This document shows positions 32,601 through 45,939 of a stretch of DNA of 64,000 nt, piece by piece. Position numbers and translations under genes: made by a program. The stretch is from the human T2T-CHM13v2.0 reference genome, Homo sapiens: the NCBI RefSeq assembly GCF_009914755.1, contig NC_060926.1. One strand, given 5' to 3'. Numbering within the stretch: the first letter of the stretch is position 1; each line of letters starts with the position of its first letter. The notes beneath the pieces are model-generated. The model worked only from the letters and a program-made list of their open reading frames with translations, made no database searches and had not been told where the DNA came from.

Positions 32601-33376
32601 CGAGTGACATTTGAGGATACATTCCTTTGCTTAAACACATCTAAGACCAATAGAAAAAGCTAGGTGGGCTTCCTTTTTTTCTTTATGACAAACTTGTATG
32701 CTGCATCTAAAAAAACCATAGACTTACTCTGCCCTTAAATAAGAAATCTTATTTTCAACTCCAAATACTTTTTTCTCATTCAAGCCAATAAAAACATTTA
32801 TTAAATGCAATTGCCCCCTGAAGCATACCTAAAGAAGAGTACTTTAATATCACTTGGGAGAGAAATTGCTATTAAAAATATATGTGTGATTACACAACTT
32901 CACAGCCGTACTGGTGAATTATTACACTCCCTGCAACTCTTACAGGTATAGGAAAGGTAGGCCATGAATGGAGTCCTCAGTGGCATGTATAATTTCAAGG
33001 GGTGATGGATTTTCCAGGCTGATTTCACTACTGGCCTTCAGCAAGAAGATCCTTGAACATGGCATATTGAAAGCAAATTTGACTCAAACATGCTGTGGCT
33101 CTCAGAATGTCAAGACCTTTGGAAATCCAAAGCACTCAAGACAGCCCCACATGATCAAAAATGGCACCAGCATCAATTAATGCCAACAATTGCAATTAGA
33201 AAACCACAGATGAATAAGGACATGAGAAGCTCTAATTTCCCGTTGCTTGGGATCTCTGTTTCTGGTGACACCTGTCATGTTTCATTGATATGAATACTTT
33301 TGGAGGCTAGTCACCACCTTCTTGAAAATTGCATTTCTGACCAGAGTTCCCAAGGCACGGTGTCAATTTATCTTCA

Positions 33377-33685
<309 letters not shown>

Positions 33686-35448
33686 TCAATGTCACAAGCA
33701 TTGAGAGAAAATAGGACAGTAACACTTGGAAATGCCTTCCTATCAATATTCAGCAAATTAGTGTCAAGAGAAGCAGTCTTACACTTTGGAAATGTAATCT
33801 AAAAGACTGAGAAACAATAAAATGTTATACTCATTTTAAAAATGTCATAAGGAAAAATTACACAAGGATGATGAAGGCAGAATGATCTCTTTCTATTTGT
33901 CTGTTAATTTTTTTAAAATGTAGTTCCTGTTCATAGTTGCAAACATGTCAGTTTTTAGGGAGAAAGAGGGTGGCAGTTAGAACAAAAGGTTTTCACACAA
34001 ACACTTCACATTAAATAACATTGTGTAATAAAACATTAATTATGGAAAAGCATCTTCAGATCTACTAGCACTTAACGAAACCCAGAAACTAATTGCTTCT
34101 GTCCTTAACTTTCTCATGAAGACATGGAAATCCTGAAGATGGAGATATATTTTCTTGATATCTTTCTCTTTAAAAGAACTTGGAAATCTTAGATATCAAT
34201 CCAAATCAAATGCAAGTTTGCCCCTGGCAAACTTCAAATATCAGCTTCAGATAGATAAATTTGTGAACTATATGGCAGTTTGGTGTGATGTTGTTTTGGT
34301 TTTCTTTCTTTTCTTGGAGGTCTTTTAAGAAAGCATTTTTCTGGACCTTTAGGTTTCACCTAGAGTATTCAACAAAAGTTGTACTACAAGGATGCATATT
34401 AAGAGCATAATTTTATACTGGGTTGGTGTTTTTTTTTTTCTTACGTATTAGAATTGAGTTTAACACATGAAATCTTGATGGAGGATCCTAAGTGGTTAAT
34501 CAAATCTCATCTTTTCATTAATCTAATTTTATTGTTATAGATGTGGTCTCAGCAGTTTATCTTTAGCCGTAATCAGGTTTCATTTTTAATCCAAATAAGT
34601 TCAATTGGGTTTTAACTTTTATACATTTTTCTTGTTCTGCCAACATTGATCTAGAGAAGATTAGGATTCTACCAGGGCCTCCTACAAGGCTTCTTTTGTA
34701 TTGATATTATTTAATTGCTCCTCTTTATGTACTATGTATGTGCCCCATAACCAAGATGAATATGCAGCAGAGGTAGGAGGCGATGGCAGGTTTAAAAGCT
34801 AATGACAGGGTAGAGCGGTAGAAAGAGCTGACGACCTTGAAGGGAACAATTCAAGTACCTCATTTGTAAAATGGGGGTATATTAATATTTACCTGATAGG
34901 ACTGCGGTGATAATGAAATGAGATGGAAGTGTGACACAGAGTGCAGACATTGATAAATGAGTGTTACTCTCATTATGAGGTTCTAAAGTCTGAATGCTGA
35001 TGTTAAGCTGGTATTAGTAGATAATATTTAATAATGCTTCAAAGAAAACATGATAATTTTTTAGAGAAGGAATTCTGATGTGTCTTTCCTTAGTATTTGG
35101 AAAACTAATAGTGCGTGTGAGTAGGATATTTAATTTTATGTATATACAATATTTTGGTGGACAGGAGAAAAGATTGTTCCACAAATGAGTGTGAGTACTG
35201 GTGGAGAATGCCACAAAGTAAACCAGGTCTACTGCAGAATTAGGGGAGTGGCAGGCACCCTCCTGTACACTCACTCTTCAAAATTGAAAGGCACTCCTGT
35301 CTGAGCCTCACAGCCAACCATGAGTGAATTTCATCAGAAAAGAATAAAAGATAATACCAATCAAAAATCATTCAGCCCAAGTGCCATCTTTGTTAAGTAG
35401 ACTGTGGTAGGTTTCCTCTGATTTCAAATTCTTTTTTGTTTTAGAGTC

Positions 35449-35640
35449 ACGCTGTCTAATACAGTATTGACTAGCTAAGTGAGTGTCCATTTACATCTAA
35501 ATTAACTAAAATTAAATAAAAGTAAAGCTTTGTTTCTTCAGTTGCGCTAGCCTCATTTCAAGTCCTCAATAGCCACACGTGATGAGTACCTAAAATTGGC
35601 TGGTGCAGCTTTAGAACATTCCCGTCCTTCACAGAAGGCA
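35449..35640. mobile_element. MER3-like hAT-Charlie element
   Basis: cgctgtctaata...aattaaataaa...ctagcctcatttcaagtcctcaatagccacacgtg. Confidence 0.75.
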
Positions 35641-35679
35641 CAGCATTGCCAGACTGTTTCGGAAGGCAGAAGAGACGGG

Positions 35680-35925
35680 GATGCAGTGATATGGCATCAG
35701 CTAGAGAAACACCAAAGTAGGTGTATCGATTCTAGCCCCAAAGTTAACTTGCTCTATGGCCTTATGCTGCTTATTTAACCTCTCTGAGCTTTATTTTCCT
35801 CAACTCTTAAGTGAGGATTAATAGTACCTATTTTGTCAACTATATCATGATTATTAAAGGTATGAAAAGTCTGTCTTGGTGTCTGACCCAGAGTAAGTGC
35901 CCAGTAAATGGCATTTGTTATAATT
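35680..35925 (+). mobile_element. MIR SINE
   Basis: ttatttaacctctctgagctttattttcctca...taatagtacctat...agagtaagtgcccagtaaatg. Confidence 0.75.
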
Positions 35926-35943
35926 ATTAATAACAGCAAATGT

Positions 35944-36279
<336 letters not shown>

Positions 36280-37197
36280 CTAAAATAAATACATTAATTA
36301 AAGGCCCTAAATAATGATCACTAAATTGTGGCATTTCTGGCAGACAAGGTAAATATTTAGTGAGATCTTGCCAGCACATTTCAGTTTTATTACAGTGATG
36401 TGTGCTTTCCCCAAATGCCACTAATTATAATGGATCTATACTTCTGCATGTCTGTCTTATATATATAGATTCCTTTGCAATTCGGTTTGGAAGTAAGGGA
36501 AAAGAATAAGGAACTAGGTGATTTTTTAAAAGAGAAAAGTTTTAGATGTAAATGTTAAATATCCATTTTCAATGCATGATCAACTCTAAGCATGAAAGCT
36601 CCTTTCCTATCAAAAACATATCCTTTTGTACAGTTATTAATGTTAGTTTTTTCCTACTTAATATGCAAAATGTACTGTGACAAAAGGTGGCCCCAGGCAG
36701 AAAAAAAAGGCCAGAATTGCTCATTACAATGACAATGAAATAATGTTTTCTAGAAAACAATGTTTTCTTTTGTTTTCCCCATCCTGATAGGAAACTGTGA
36801 AAACTGAAGCTCTATTCAATTTATCCTTTAGTTCCACTTCAAACGCATTTCTGACAGCCATTTAAAGGCCTTCCCTAAACTGAAATGAATATTTTCCAGA
36901 CTAGCTTTAAGAATAGAAGCTTGTTTGCCTGATTCTCTAGCAACCAACACAATAACTATCATTGCATAACAAAGCCAGTGGGGATGTGCTGGGGCAGAGG
37001 GGATGGTGATAAATAATTCAGATTCCTGGGTTATTTCTGTGGGATCATCAGATATTAATCCTGCATTTCTACTCCAGTCAACTCCAATCATTCTTTTGCC
37101 TCTCCAAGTAGCTTTGTTTTGTGAAGAATGCCAAATTCCTTTGCAAGATATTCTCTTTTCTTCTCAAAAAACCTGAGGGATGTTCTGTATTCTATAG

Positions 37198-37287
37198 CTC
37201 TGGATCCTGGTCCAGGATCCCATTGGCCCTGATGGGTGCAATTCCAGTTCCATCTGCTCTGAATTGAGCAGAGGCTGTTTGGTCAAG
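37198..37287 (+). other. Candidate 90-nt cassette exon (unverified)
   Basis: ttctgtattctatag| ... AAG|gtaagg. Length is a multiple of 3 and one frame is open (LWILVQDPIGPDGCNSSSICSELSRGCLVK). No recognised homolog. Confidence 0.25.
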
Positions 37288-37916
37288 GTAAGGTCATGTT
37301 ATGCCAATACTATTGACTGGCATATTGTCAACATTACGCTTGAGAAACATATTTGTCCTGCTGGTGATAATGACAGTTTATGAATGAGTGGATTTTGATA
37401 TTAGTTAATTAGAAGAAACTTTATTGGAGCATCTGTCACTCAACAGCAAACAATTTTTTCTGTGTGTTGTTCAGATAATTTTCCTTATGGTATAAAAGCT
37501 GGCTAATGTAAGAGTGTGTCAACAATCAAGAGATTAAGAAATACACCATTTTTTTTCCTAGAAAATGTAAGGTATGTTTGTATGATGGCATCTAATCAAA
37601 ACTGTACATAATTAGTAATAATAGAAATAAAGTGAACATATTGAGTCTTATAATGTATCAGCTGCTCTTCTAAGTGCTCTATTAGAGTTTATTCAATATA
37701 GGCATAAGTTTTCTAATTATTCTAAATGTCCAAAAATTGAATAAATTATCTTGAGAAATAACTCCACCTAACTTTGAGGAAGAAATAGCAAAAACCTCTT
37801 TAAATTTTATAAAAACTGTAAGATGGGGTGATATGCAGAAGTATTACTTTGACTCTCTGAGCTCTAAGCCAATTTACAGAAAGCAGGTTAGGGTGTTTCT
37901 GTAAAAATGTAGATGA

Positions 37917-38293
<377 letters not shown>

Positions 38294-38699
38294 AAAGATC
38301 CCTGTTTTTAAGTTCGCAATTACAGCAAATTCCTCCCGCTTCAGAGTTTGTCCTTTTTCTGTCTTTTTTTGCCTCCTACTTGCTATGTAGTTGATTTTAC
38401 AATGAAGTGTGTGTCAAAGTCTAGTAGTACCATTATAATAGTAAGGTGAAATCTAATAGCATAAGCAAAATAAAGTGGATTCAAGTAACAAAAATGGCCC
38501 CCGGTGAGGAGAAAAGCCTTTGGTAGAATTCTTTGAAACTCCTGAAATTGGAATATACTTTTTTTCCTTTATTTCTGATCTAGATTCACTTCCTGAACCA
38601 AGGTTCTGGGGTCCCCTACGAAAAGCTGTGGTGTGAAGTCCTGTCAGTGCCCCTTGACGACTTGCCACACTGACCACTGGGTGCTCTAGTCACCTCCTC

Positions 38700-38900
38700 A
38701 GACCCCAGAGCCTGCCTGGCTCCTATCTGTCCTGGCTCTGCCAATTCCTTGCTGCCTGGCCTTAAGCATATGTCCTGATCTTTCTATGCCTCCATTTTAT
38801 CATCTGGAAAATGAAGATGATCATGATAGTATTTATCTCATAAGGCAGTTGTGAGGATGAAATGTACATAAAGGGTTACTACTGTGAACAATGCCTGGCA
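38700..38900 (+). mobile_element. MIR SINE
   Basis: cctggctctgcca...catctggaaaatgaagat...tatctcataaggcagttgtgaggatgaaatg. Confidence 0.75.
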
Positions 38901-39220
38901 ATTGGCTTTTTGGATCATGAACTATACCTCTCTTCTGTTTCCTGGACTGGCCCTAGTTTCCTTGGTTTCTGTTTCAGGTCGATGTCTTCATTTCACCAGG
39001 GACAGCAGTGGAAACCGCAGCTTCGGTTTTTTATAACAACAGCCAAAAACTTTTAGGATTTGGAATCCAAATGCAGCTGTCATTTCTGTCTCCAGAACTA
39101 TTTTTTTTTTCCAAATTAAAATAACCCTATTGACTTTACTCTTTTTTCTAACTTACCTTTTTATGTTTAACAACTGTTCAAAAGAGTAGAAAATGCTTTA
39201 GGTATAATTACCCAGATGTG

Positions 39221-39222
<2 letters not shown>

Positions 39223-39268
<46 letters not shown>

Positions 39269-39300
39269 CGTGACAGAGAAAGAGAGAGAGAGGAGAGAGA
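39223..39300. repeat. (TG)~22 followed by an (AG)-rich tract
   Basis: Read directly from the sequence. Confidence 0.95.
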
Positions 39301-41164
39301 GGTAGGAGGAAGAAAAGTTTTTACAGAAAGAAATAAACATAAAAACAAAAGTAAGGTGAGACAGCCAGGCAGAGTATGTATTGAGCAGAGGGGGAAGATA
39401 AACAGAGGTGACCTGCATATTTCTAATTGGAAAATTGGTGTCACAAAGTTGGCCCATTTTTAACCTTTTTATAACTGAGGTTTTGACGGCAATAGTTCCA
39501 ACCAGATTTGGTGACAGAAAAGCATTGCCAATCACAGAATCAGAAAAGCAAGGGAGGTAATAAGGGCTCAATGTTAAACATGTCACACTATTAGTAACAT
39601 AATTTCTCCAGGCAGGGAATGCATGATAAATATATATCCACTAACAGTAAATTCATCTTGCTTGACTCTTTCATAAAGCCCACCCTCATCTCCCTCCCTC
39701 TTCTAAGACTGAGATGCACACTCCTTCTCTATTTGTCCATAACACTCTGGGAATATATCTTTCTATAAGAGACACCATTTTTGACATTGCATTATGACTA
39801 TCTGCTTATGCTTCTTGTCTTGTTTACTAGATGGTGACAGATGATTCTTGACCACATAGCCTATGACTTACTCCCTTACCAACCATTGTCTGGGCTCAGG
39901 AAATATTTGTAGAGTGAATAGGATGTGTTGTCATATCTAGTCTCAACTTCATGGCCTGTGCATGTAGTGTACAGCAGAGAGACATCAAGTTAAGATGATA
40001 AATTGTCGTTAGGAATTTTAAGCAACATGAGGTTTCTGAAAAGTGTTCACGCTGCTTTAAAGGGCTTCCAAAAACAGGGCTTGCCTGGGCAAGAGCTTCA
40101 CATGTATTCTATGATTCCTCAAAATATGCTTTGGGATGATGGCCAGAATGACTGGTTGACCTTAAATGCATATGTAACACTGTTAAACAAAGTAGGCTGG
40201 CCTGCATAAATGAGGCATTGTGCTAGTCTTCTGTTTCTCCACACTGCATTGAGAGTTGCTTAGATATTTCAATATAGCAATCTTTGCCCTTTACATGTTC
40301 TCTTAGAGACTTGTTTGATCATTTCTCTCTTCCACACTCAACAGGGAGTACACACTAAAAGGTTTTCTCCACAATGGCTTTCCCATCCCCTGGCCCTTTT
40401 CTTCTGTGGCTCGCATCAAATCTACTTGCATTATACAGATGCTCTGGCAATCGGAGGCAGAGAAAGGCGTCCTGTGGCTGGTGGGCAGGCCTAGGAGAAT
40501 GAGATGGCAGCATTTACATAGGATGCTGTGCCTCCGCTTCAAGTGCAAATGTCTTTACAATGGACCTTTGTCTATTAGCGTAGAAGAGACTTTAAAAGAC
40601 TGCTTTAAATAGATGCAGATTCTCAGGGTGAACTCCTATTTCAGGACAGCTTGGCTGGAGCTGCTGAGTAGCTTCTGGGAGCAGATTGAGGATATGATGA
40701 TGATTTCCCATCTTGGCTGTAATGTAGAGACAGGGAAAGCCTGATGCAGGTTTGTTTTTATGGGGCCTAAAACTGATGCCAAGATAGAAGTTCCTGGTGT
40801 TCTGTTTTCCGTCAAATGGCATCAGTGCTGTACATGTAGCCAGATAGAGGAAAATAAATAGGAATGTGAGTGTTTACCTTCAATGACTAAACAATAATTT
40901 CAAAAGAAGAGGGTAGGTAGTATTGATGTAAGTTGCACTGTAATAGTTTAACAGAATCAAAGTAACAATGGCATATGTGGCAAGAAGTTGGCATGACAGG
41001 TGGTAAGATATCATTTGAAACGCTTTTGCAAATATGTTCCATATTGAATGAGAAACAGACTGATCTAAGACATCTCACAGTCAATTCCATAGGTAAAATA
41101 TATATGACAAGACATTGACAGTCACCAAGACTGTTGTAGTCATCAGGGCATGGCCATCTGACAA

Positions 41165-41410
41165 AGCAGAGTGTAGTGGTTGAAACAAGTGCAGATTCTA
41201 GAGCCAGATTTCCTGGGTCTGAATCCTGGATCTGTTATTTGTTATCTGTTGACAATAATACTTCCTCATGCCTCAGTTTCTTCTTCTGTAAAATAAGAAT
41301 GTTAGTAATAGAACTTATCTAATTGGATTCATACAAAGATTATATTAGTCTATTTTTCAAATATATTAACACATCAGTGGTTGACACCTAGTAAGAACTA
41401 TTTGGATATT
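41165..41410 (+). mobile_element. MIR SINE
   Basis: tctagagccagatttcctgggtctgaatcctgg...gcctcagtttcttcttctgtaaaata. Confidence 0.8.
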
Positions 41411-43309
41411 TGATTACTAAATAATGGAATCATCAAACACTTCCTCAATATTTTACTATACATTCTCTGAGAGTAAAGCCTCTCTGAATTAAAGCATTTA
41501 TTATATTTTTCTTTGGTGTTGTGGATGTGTAGAGAGACATGCAAAATGGACTCTGCTCTCAAAGAAATTATAGTCTAGTTGGAAAGCAGAACATACAGCT
41601 ATGAATGGTTGAACTCTCATAACAAGAAGAACATTATTAAACACGACACATTAAAACAAATACTACATGAAATTAATTTCTGAATGGACATTTAAACAAT
41701 AGTCATGACAGGACATCAGAAAAAAAGAATTCCCTTTGTTTCTAGATTATTACATAATGCTTGTTAGGGAATGTTCTGGTGGGGGCGGGGGCAGGGGCAG
41801 GGTAGCTCTACATGAACCAGCTAATTTCTATCTAAGAGTAATTTACATTCTGAGGAAAATGGAAGGCATGCTTTGGGATGCGACATATATCCTTGGCTGT
41901 AAGTCTCTTTTTACTAAAAAGCGTGTATTACCTTGGTCATTCACACATATGTAGTCAGCAAGATATACATACATTACTTATTTAGTAGTAGCGCATTTTA
42001 TTTCATTTTTTTTTCTTAATGGTTTGTGAGCACAGAAAAAAGATATACTGTTAATCTTCACAGGTTTTCTTGTACTCCATCCAAATTAGTACATCTGGTT
42101 CATGTGATACCAGGCTTTGCTTTCCACACCATCAGAAAAAAAAGATTTTTTTTTCTGTTATACAATATGTTTAGAATCCAAACCTACTAAAAATAAAACC
42201 AGTATGGCTACTAGCACATAGAAAACAAAATAATGAGTAACACACAGTTAGAAATTATATTGGTTCCCAAATATCTGAGTTGTTCACATAATCAAACTAA
42301 TGCTCATGACAGCATAATATAATGAAGCAAAAATACCGAACAGAAATTCTTTGATGTTTTTGTTGTTGTGCTGCTGTTTCCTCTTCCCCTCAACTTTCCT
42401 TCTCCCGTTTTGTATATTTTCTTTTGCTGCTTTTCCTCACTTTCTCTTCTATTGTTTTTGTCATTCAACATTTTTGCATTTTGCAAAGCCATCATAGATA
42501 ACAATGTTGCAATCTGAGTTTACTGTGTGTTAGTTACCTGTCATTTATTTAATCTTGGTGCATGTATTTATTTTATAATTAGGAAAGAGAAAACATGCAT
42601 CAATATTGTTTGTTTGTAAGTGTGACAACATGTATGGTTTTTCTTGAGGTTCTGATTAGTGTAATATAGACAACAGTTTGTAACAGTATGTGCCCATAAG
42701 ATCCATTTTCATAAATATCTCCATGACATTGTGATAATAGTCTACAGAGAAATGCAGCTAACCTGAAGACTAATCTTGTTGGAATTACTTAATGGACTTA
42801 AAATGTCATGCTTTGTGCATTATAGCTTTAGCTGGATAAAAAAAAAAAATGCTCTCTGTATCTAAAGCTCCGTATATCCTATTAAAGTAGAATCATCTTA
42901 GCTACCTTGTGCTCACCTTTTAGGATATTACCTTATCTTTAAAAGAGGCTTTTGAATTCACATTTCTCACACCAGGAGCAACTAAAGGCAAGGTAACAAA
43001 GTCTTAATATATAATGAAGAATACTGTCAACAGAGCCAAAATGAAATGGAGAAATGGCAATGACCTAGAATCAACAGTGATGAATCATTTAAGCCAAACC
43101 ATCTACTCTAGGTACTGAATGCTCTTACATGAATATTTATTTGGAGTGAATTCACTAGAGTAATAATTTCTTACAGCAGTTCCCATAGAGCTACCCTATG
43201 AAAAATATTTTATTGTTAAATAAGATGGAAATTATAAAATTCTGTATCTGTATCTTAGAAATTTATAATGCACATTAGCCAAAGAACTCCTTAGAGAGAG
43301 CCTGCAATT

Positions 43310-44265
43310 TTTAAGCATTGAGATAGAATTCATATACTATCAGCATACCATTATTAAGTGTACAATTCAGTATAGTTTAATATATTCCCAAGGTTGTAAC
43401 CAACATTACTATCTAATTTCAGAATATTTTCATCACCTCACAAATCTGCACACTTTAGGCAGCCTTCCCCATTCATCCCTCTCCCCCATCCCCTGGAAAA
43501 TACTAATCTACTTTCTCTTTCCATTGATTTGTCTATTCTAGAAATTTCATATAAATACAATCATACAATATGTGACTTTTCATATATAATTTCTTCCACA
43601 TAGCATATTAATTTTGAAATTCATTCATGTTGTAGATGTATCAGTATTATGTTATATTCCTTCTTATGGCTGAATAATATTCCATTGCATGGATATATCA
43701 CATTTTGTTTAGCCATTCATCATTTGATGGAGATTTGGGTTGTTTCCACCTTTGGGCTACTATGAATAATGCTGCTATGAATGTCTAAGTTTTTGTGTGA
43801 ATAAGTATTTTCAGTTCTCTTGAGTATCTACCTAAGAGTGAAATTTTGGGAAGACATAGTAACTGTTTAACTTTTAAAGAACTGGAAACTGTTTTTCCTA
43901 GCAGCTGTATCATTTTACATTCTCACCAGTAATGTATGAGGGTTCCAATTTCTCCACATCCTCTCCAACATGTATTATTTTCAAGTTATCCTGGTAGATA
44001 TAAGTTGGTATATAACTGTGGCTTTGATTTGCGTTTCCCAGAAGGCTAATGATGTTGAGCACCTTTAAATATGCTTATTGGACATTTGTATATCTTCTTT
44101 GCGGAAATATTTATTCAAATCCTTTGTTCATTTTTAAATTGGGTTGTCTTTTTATTTTGAGTTGTAAGAGTTCTTTATATACTATAGATGGTAGATACTA
44201 GACATTTAGCAAATATATGGGTTGCAAGTATTTTATCTTTGTATGAGTTGTCTTTTCGCTTTTTA
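43310..44265 (-). mobile_element. L1M (MB-like) 3' end
   Basis: ttgagatagaattcatatac...tatggctgaataatattccattgcatggatatatcac...aatgatgttgagcacc. Confidence 0.88.
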
Positions 44266-44269
44266 TTAT

Positions 44270-44571
44270 TTTATTTTATATATTTATTTATTAGAGATGG
44301 GGTTTACTCTGTTGCCTAGGCTGGTGTGCAGAGGCACGGTCATGGTTCACTGTAGCATTGATTTCCTGGGTTCAAGGGATTCTCCTGCTTTAGCCTCTCA
44401 AGTAGCTAGGACACCACTGTACTTGGCTTTTTTTTTTTTTTTTTTTAATGTTTTCGTAGAGACTGGGTTTAGCTATGTTGTCCAGACTGGTCTCAAGTTC
44501 CTGGGCTCAAGCTATGGTCCTGCTTTAGCATCCCAAAGTGGTGATATCACAGGTATGAGCCATAGCACCCA
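44270..44571 (-). mobile_element. AluJ (diverged)
   Basis: ttgcctaggctggtgtgcagaggcacggtcatggttcactgtagc...cctgggctcaagc...cccaaagtggtg. Confidence 0.88.
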
Positions 44572-45939
44572 ACTTCACTTTTTTATTAGTATAATCTTAT
44601 AGTTAATTTTTAACAAGTGCTTATTTATATTTAATCACAAATTTTCTAATTCTAGTTGACAACAATAAAATAATCTTTTTAAATGCCTTGGTAAATGCTG
44701 AGGTAGGCCTATGTTCAACTTTCTCTTTCTTTGGATTATATACATAACACCCTAGCAAAGGAAATCAATACGTAGACATACGACAAAGGACAAAAATGTT
44801 CACATTTCAGCCTTGATAAAAGAGTCAAATAGTTATGGTGATCTGTATATATAATAGTAGCACACATTAAAACATAATTCTAGACTATCTTAAATTGATT
44901 TTTCTACTAGTCCATGGCAATGAAGTGATGTTAATGGAGAGATAATATATTGCCCTAGTCATCCTATAAATCTCCAGCAGAGAAGGGATTGAATCAATCT
45001 TCCAAGTTATAGAGCACCAACAAAATATGCACCACTATTTTCAACCTATAGGTCCTGGTGTAAGTAAGGTAAGATAATCTCAAGGACAGCAAAACAGGAA
45101 GTAGAGGAGAGAAGGAGATCCTTTCCAATGCAGGCCTTGGTCTGAGAATTTTTGACTCTGTAAATATCCATGTAGCAGTTGCCTGAGAAAAGACACTGTG
45201 AGCTCCAGGTTAGATGACTCTGGGTGATTACTTCAAACTGGTGGAAGCTGAAAAAAAAAGAGGAGCCCTAGGTATTTTACATAGGATAGCTACCAATCTT
45301 GCAACAACTTTGCTAGGCAAGTGACATTGCTTCCACTTTACAGTGGAAAACACCTATGGCCAAAGAGGCCAGAGGCCAGTGATTTTCCTAAGCCAAATAG
45401 ATAAAGGGTATGACTGGAATCATATATCATTTGCACAATAAAGAGAAGATAAACAGTTCTACCTTATTGTTCCAGACTAAGTTCTAAGAGAACAATCTGA
45501 AGAATAAACCATTGTCCATCATCATATATGTAAGGGAATTGTAAGATAAGGATCAGTTTGTTCTCATAGGTACCTGAGAAGATTGCAGGAACTCCTTCTC
45601 TGGGCCCCCAAAGTACGTTTTACTTATAGTGAATACTAAACACCTTACACAATGCTAGATAATTTTCACATCTGTTTTTTTCTCTTCCTCTGAGAGTTCA
45701 TGGATGCTATTAATCTTATTCTCTATTGTGTTATCAGAGTTTAATATAGTGTCAGACACATAGTAGAACCTTGTAAATAACTTAGCAAAAGAAGTGCATA
45801 AACAATTGCATGGATAAAATAATACAGAAATAATAAGAGTTAACAGTTACATAATTCTTAATATGTGGAGATATTAATATAAACACATTTTATCTATGTA
45901 CTCACATAAATCATATGTCAAAAAATAGATACACTTCGA

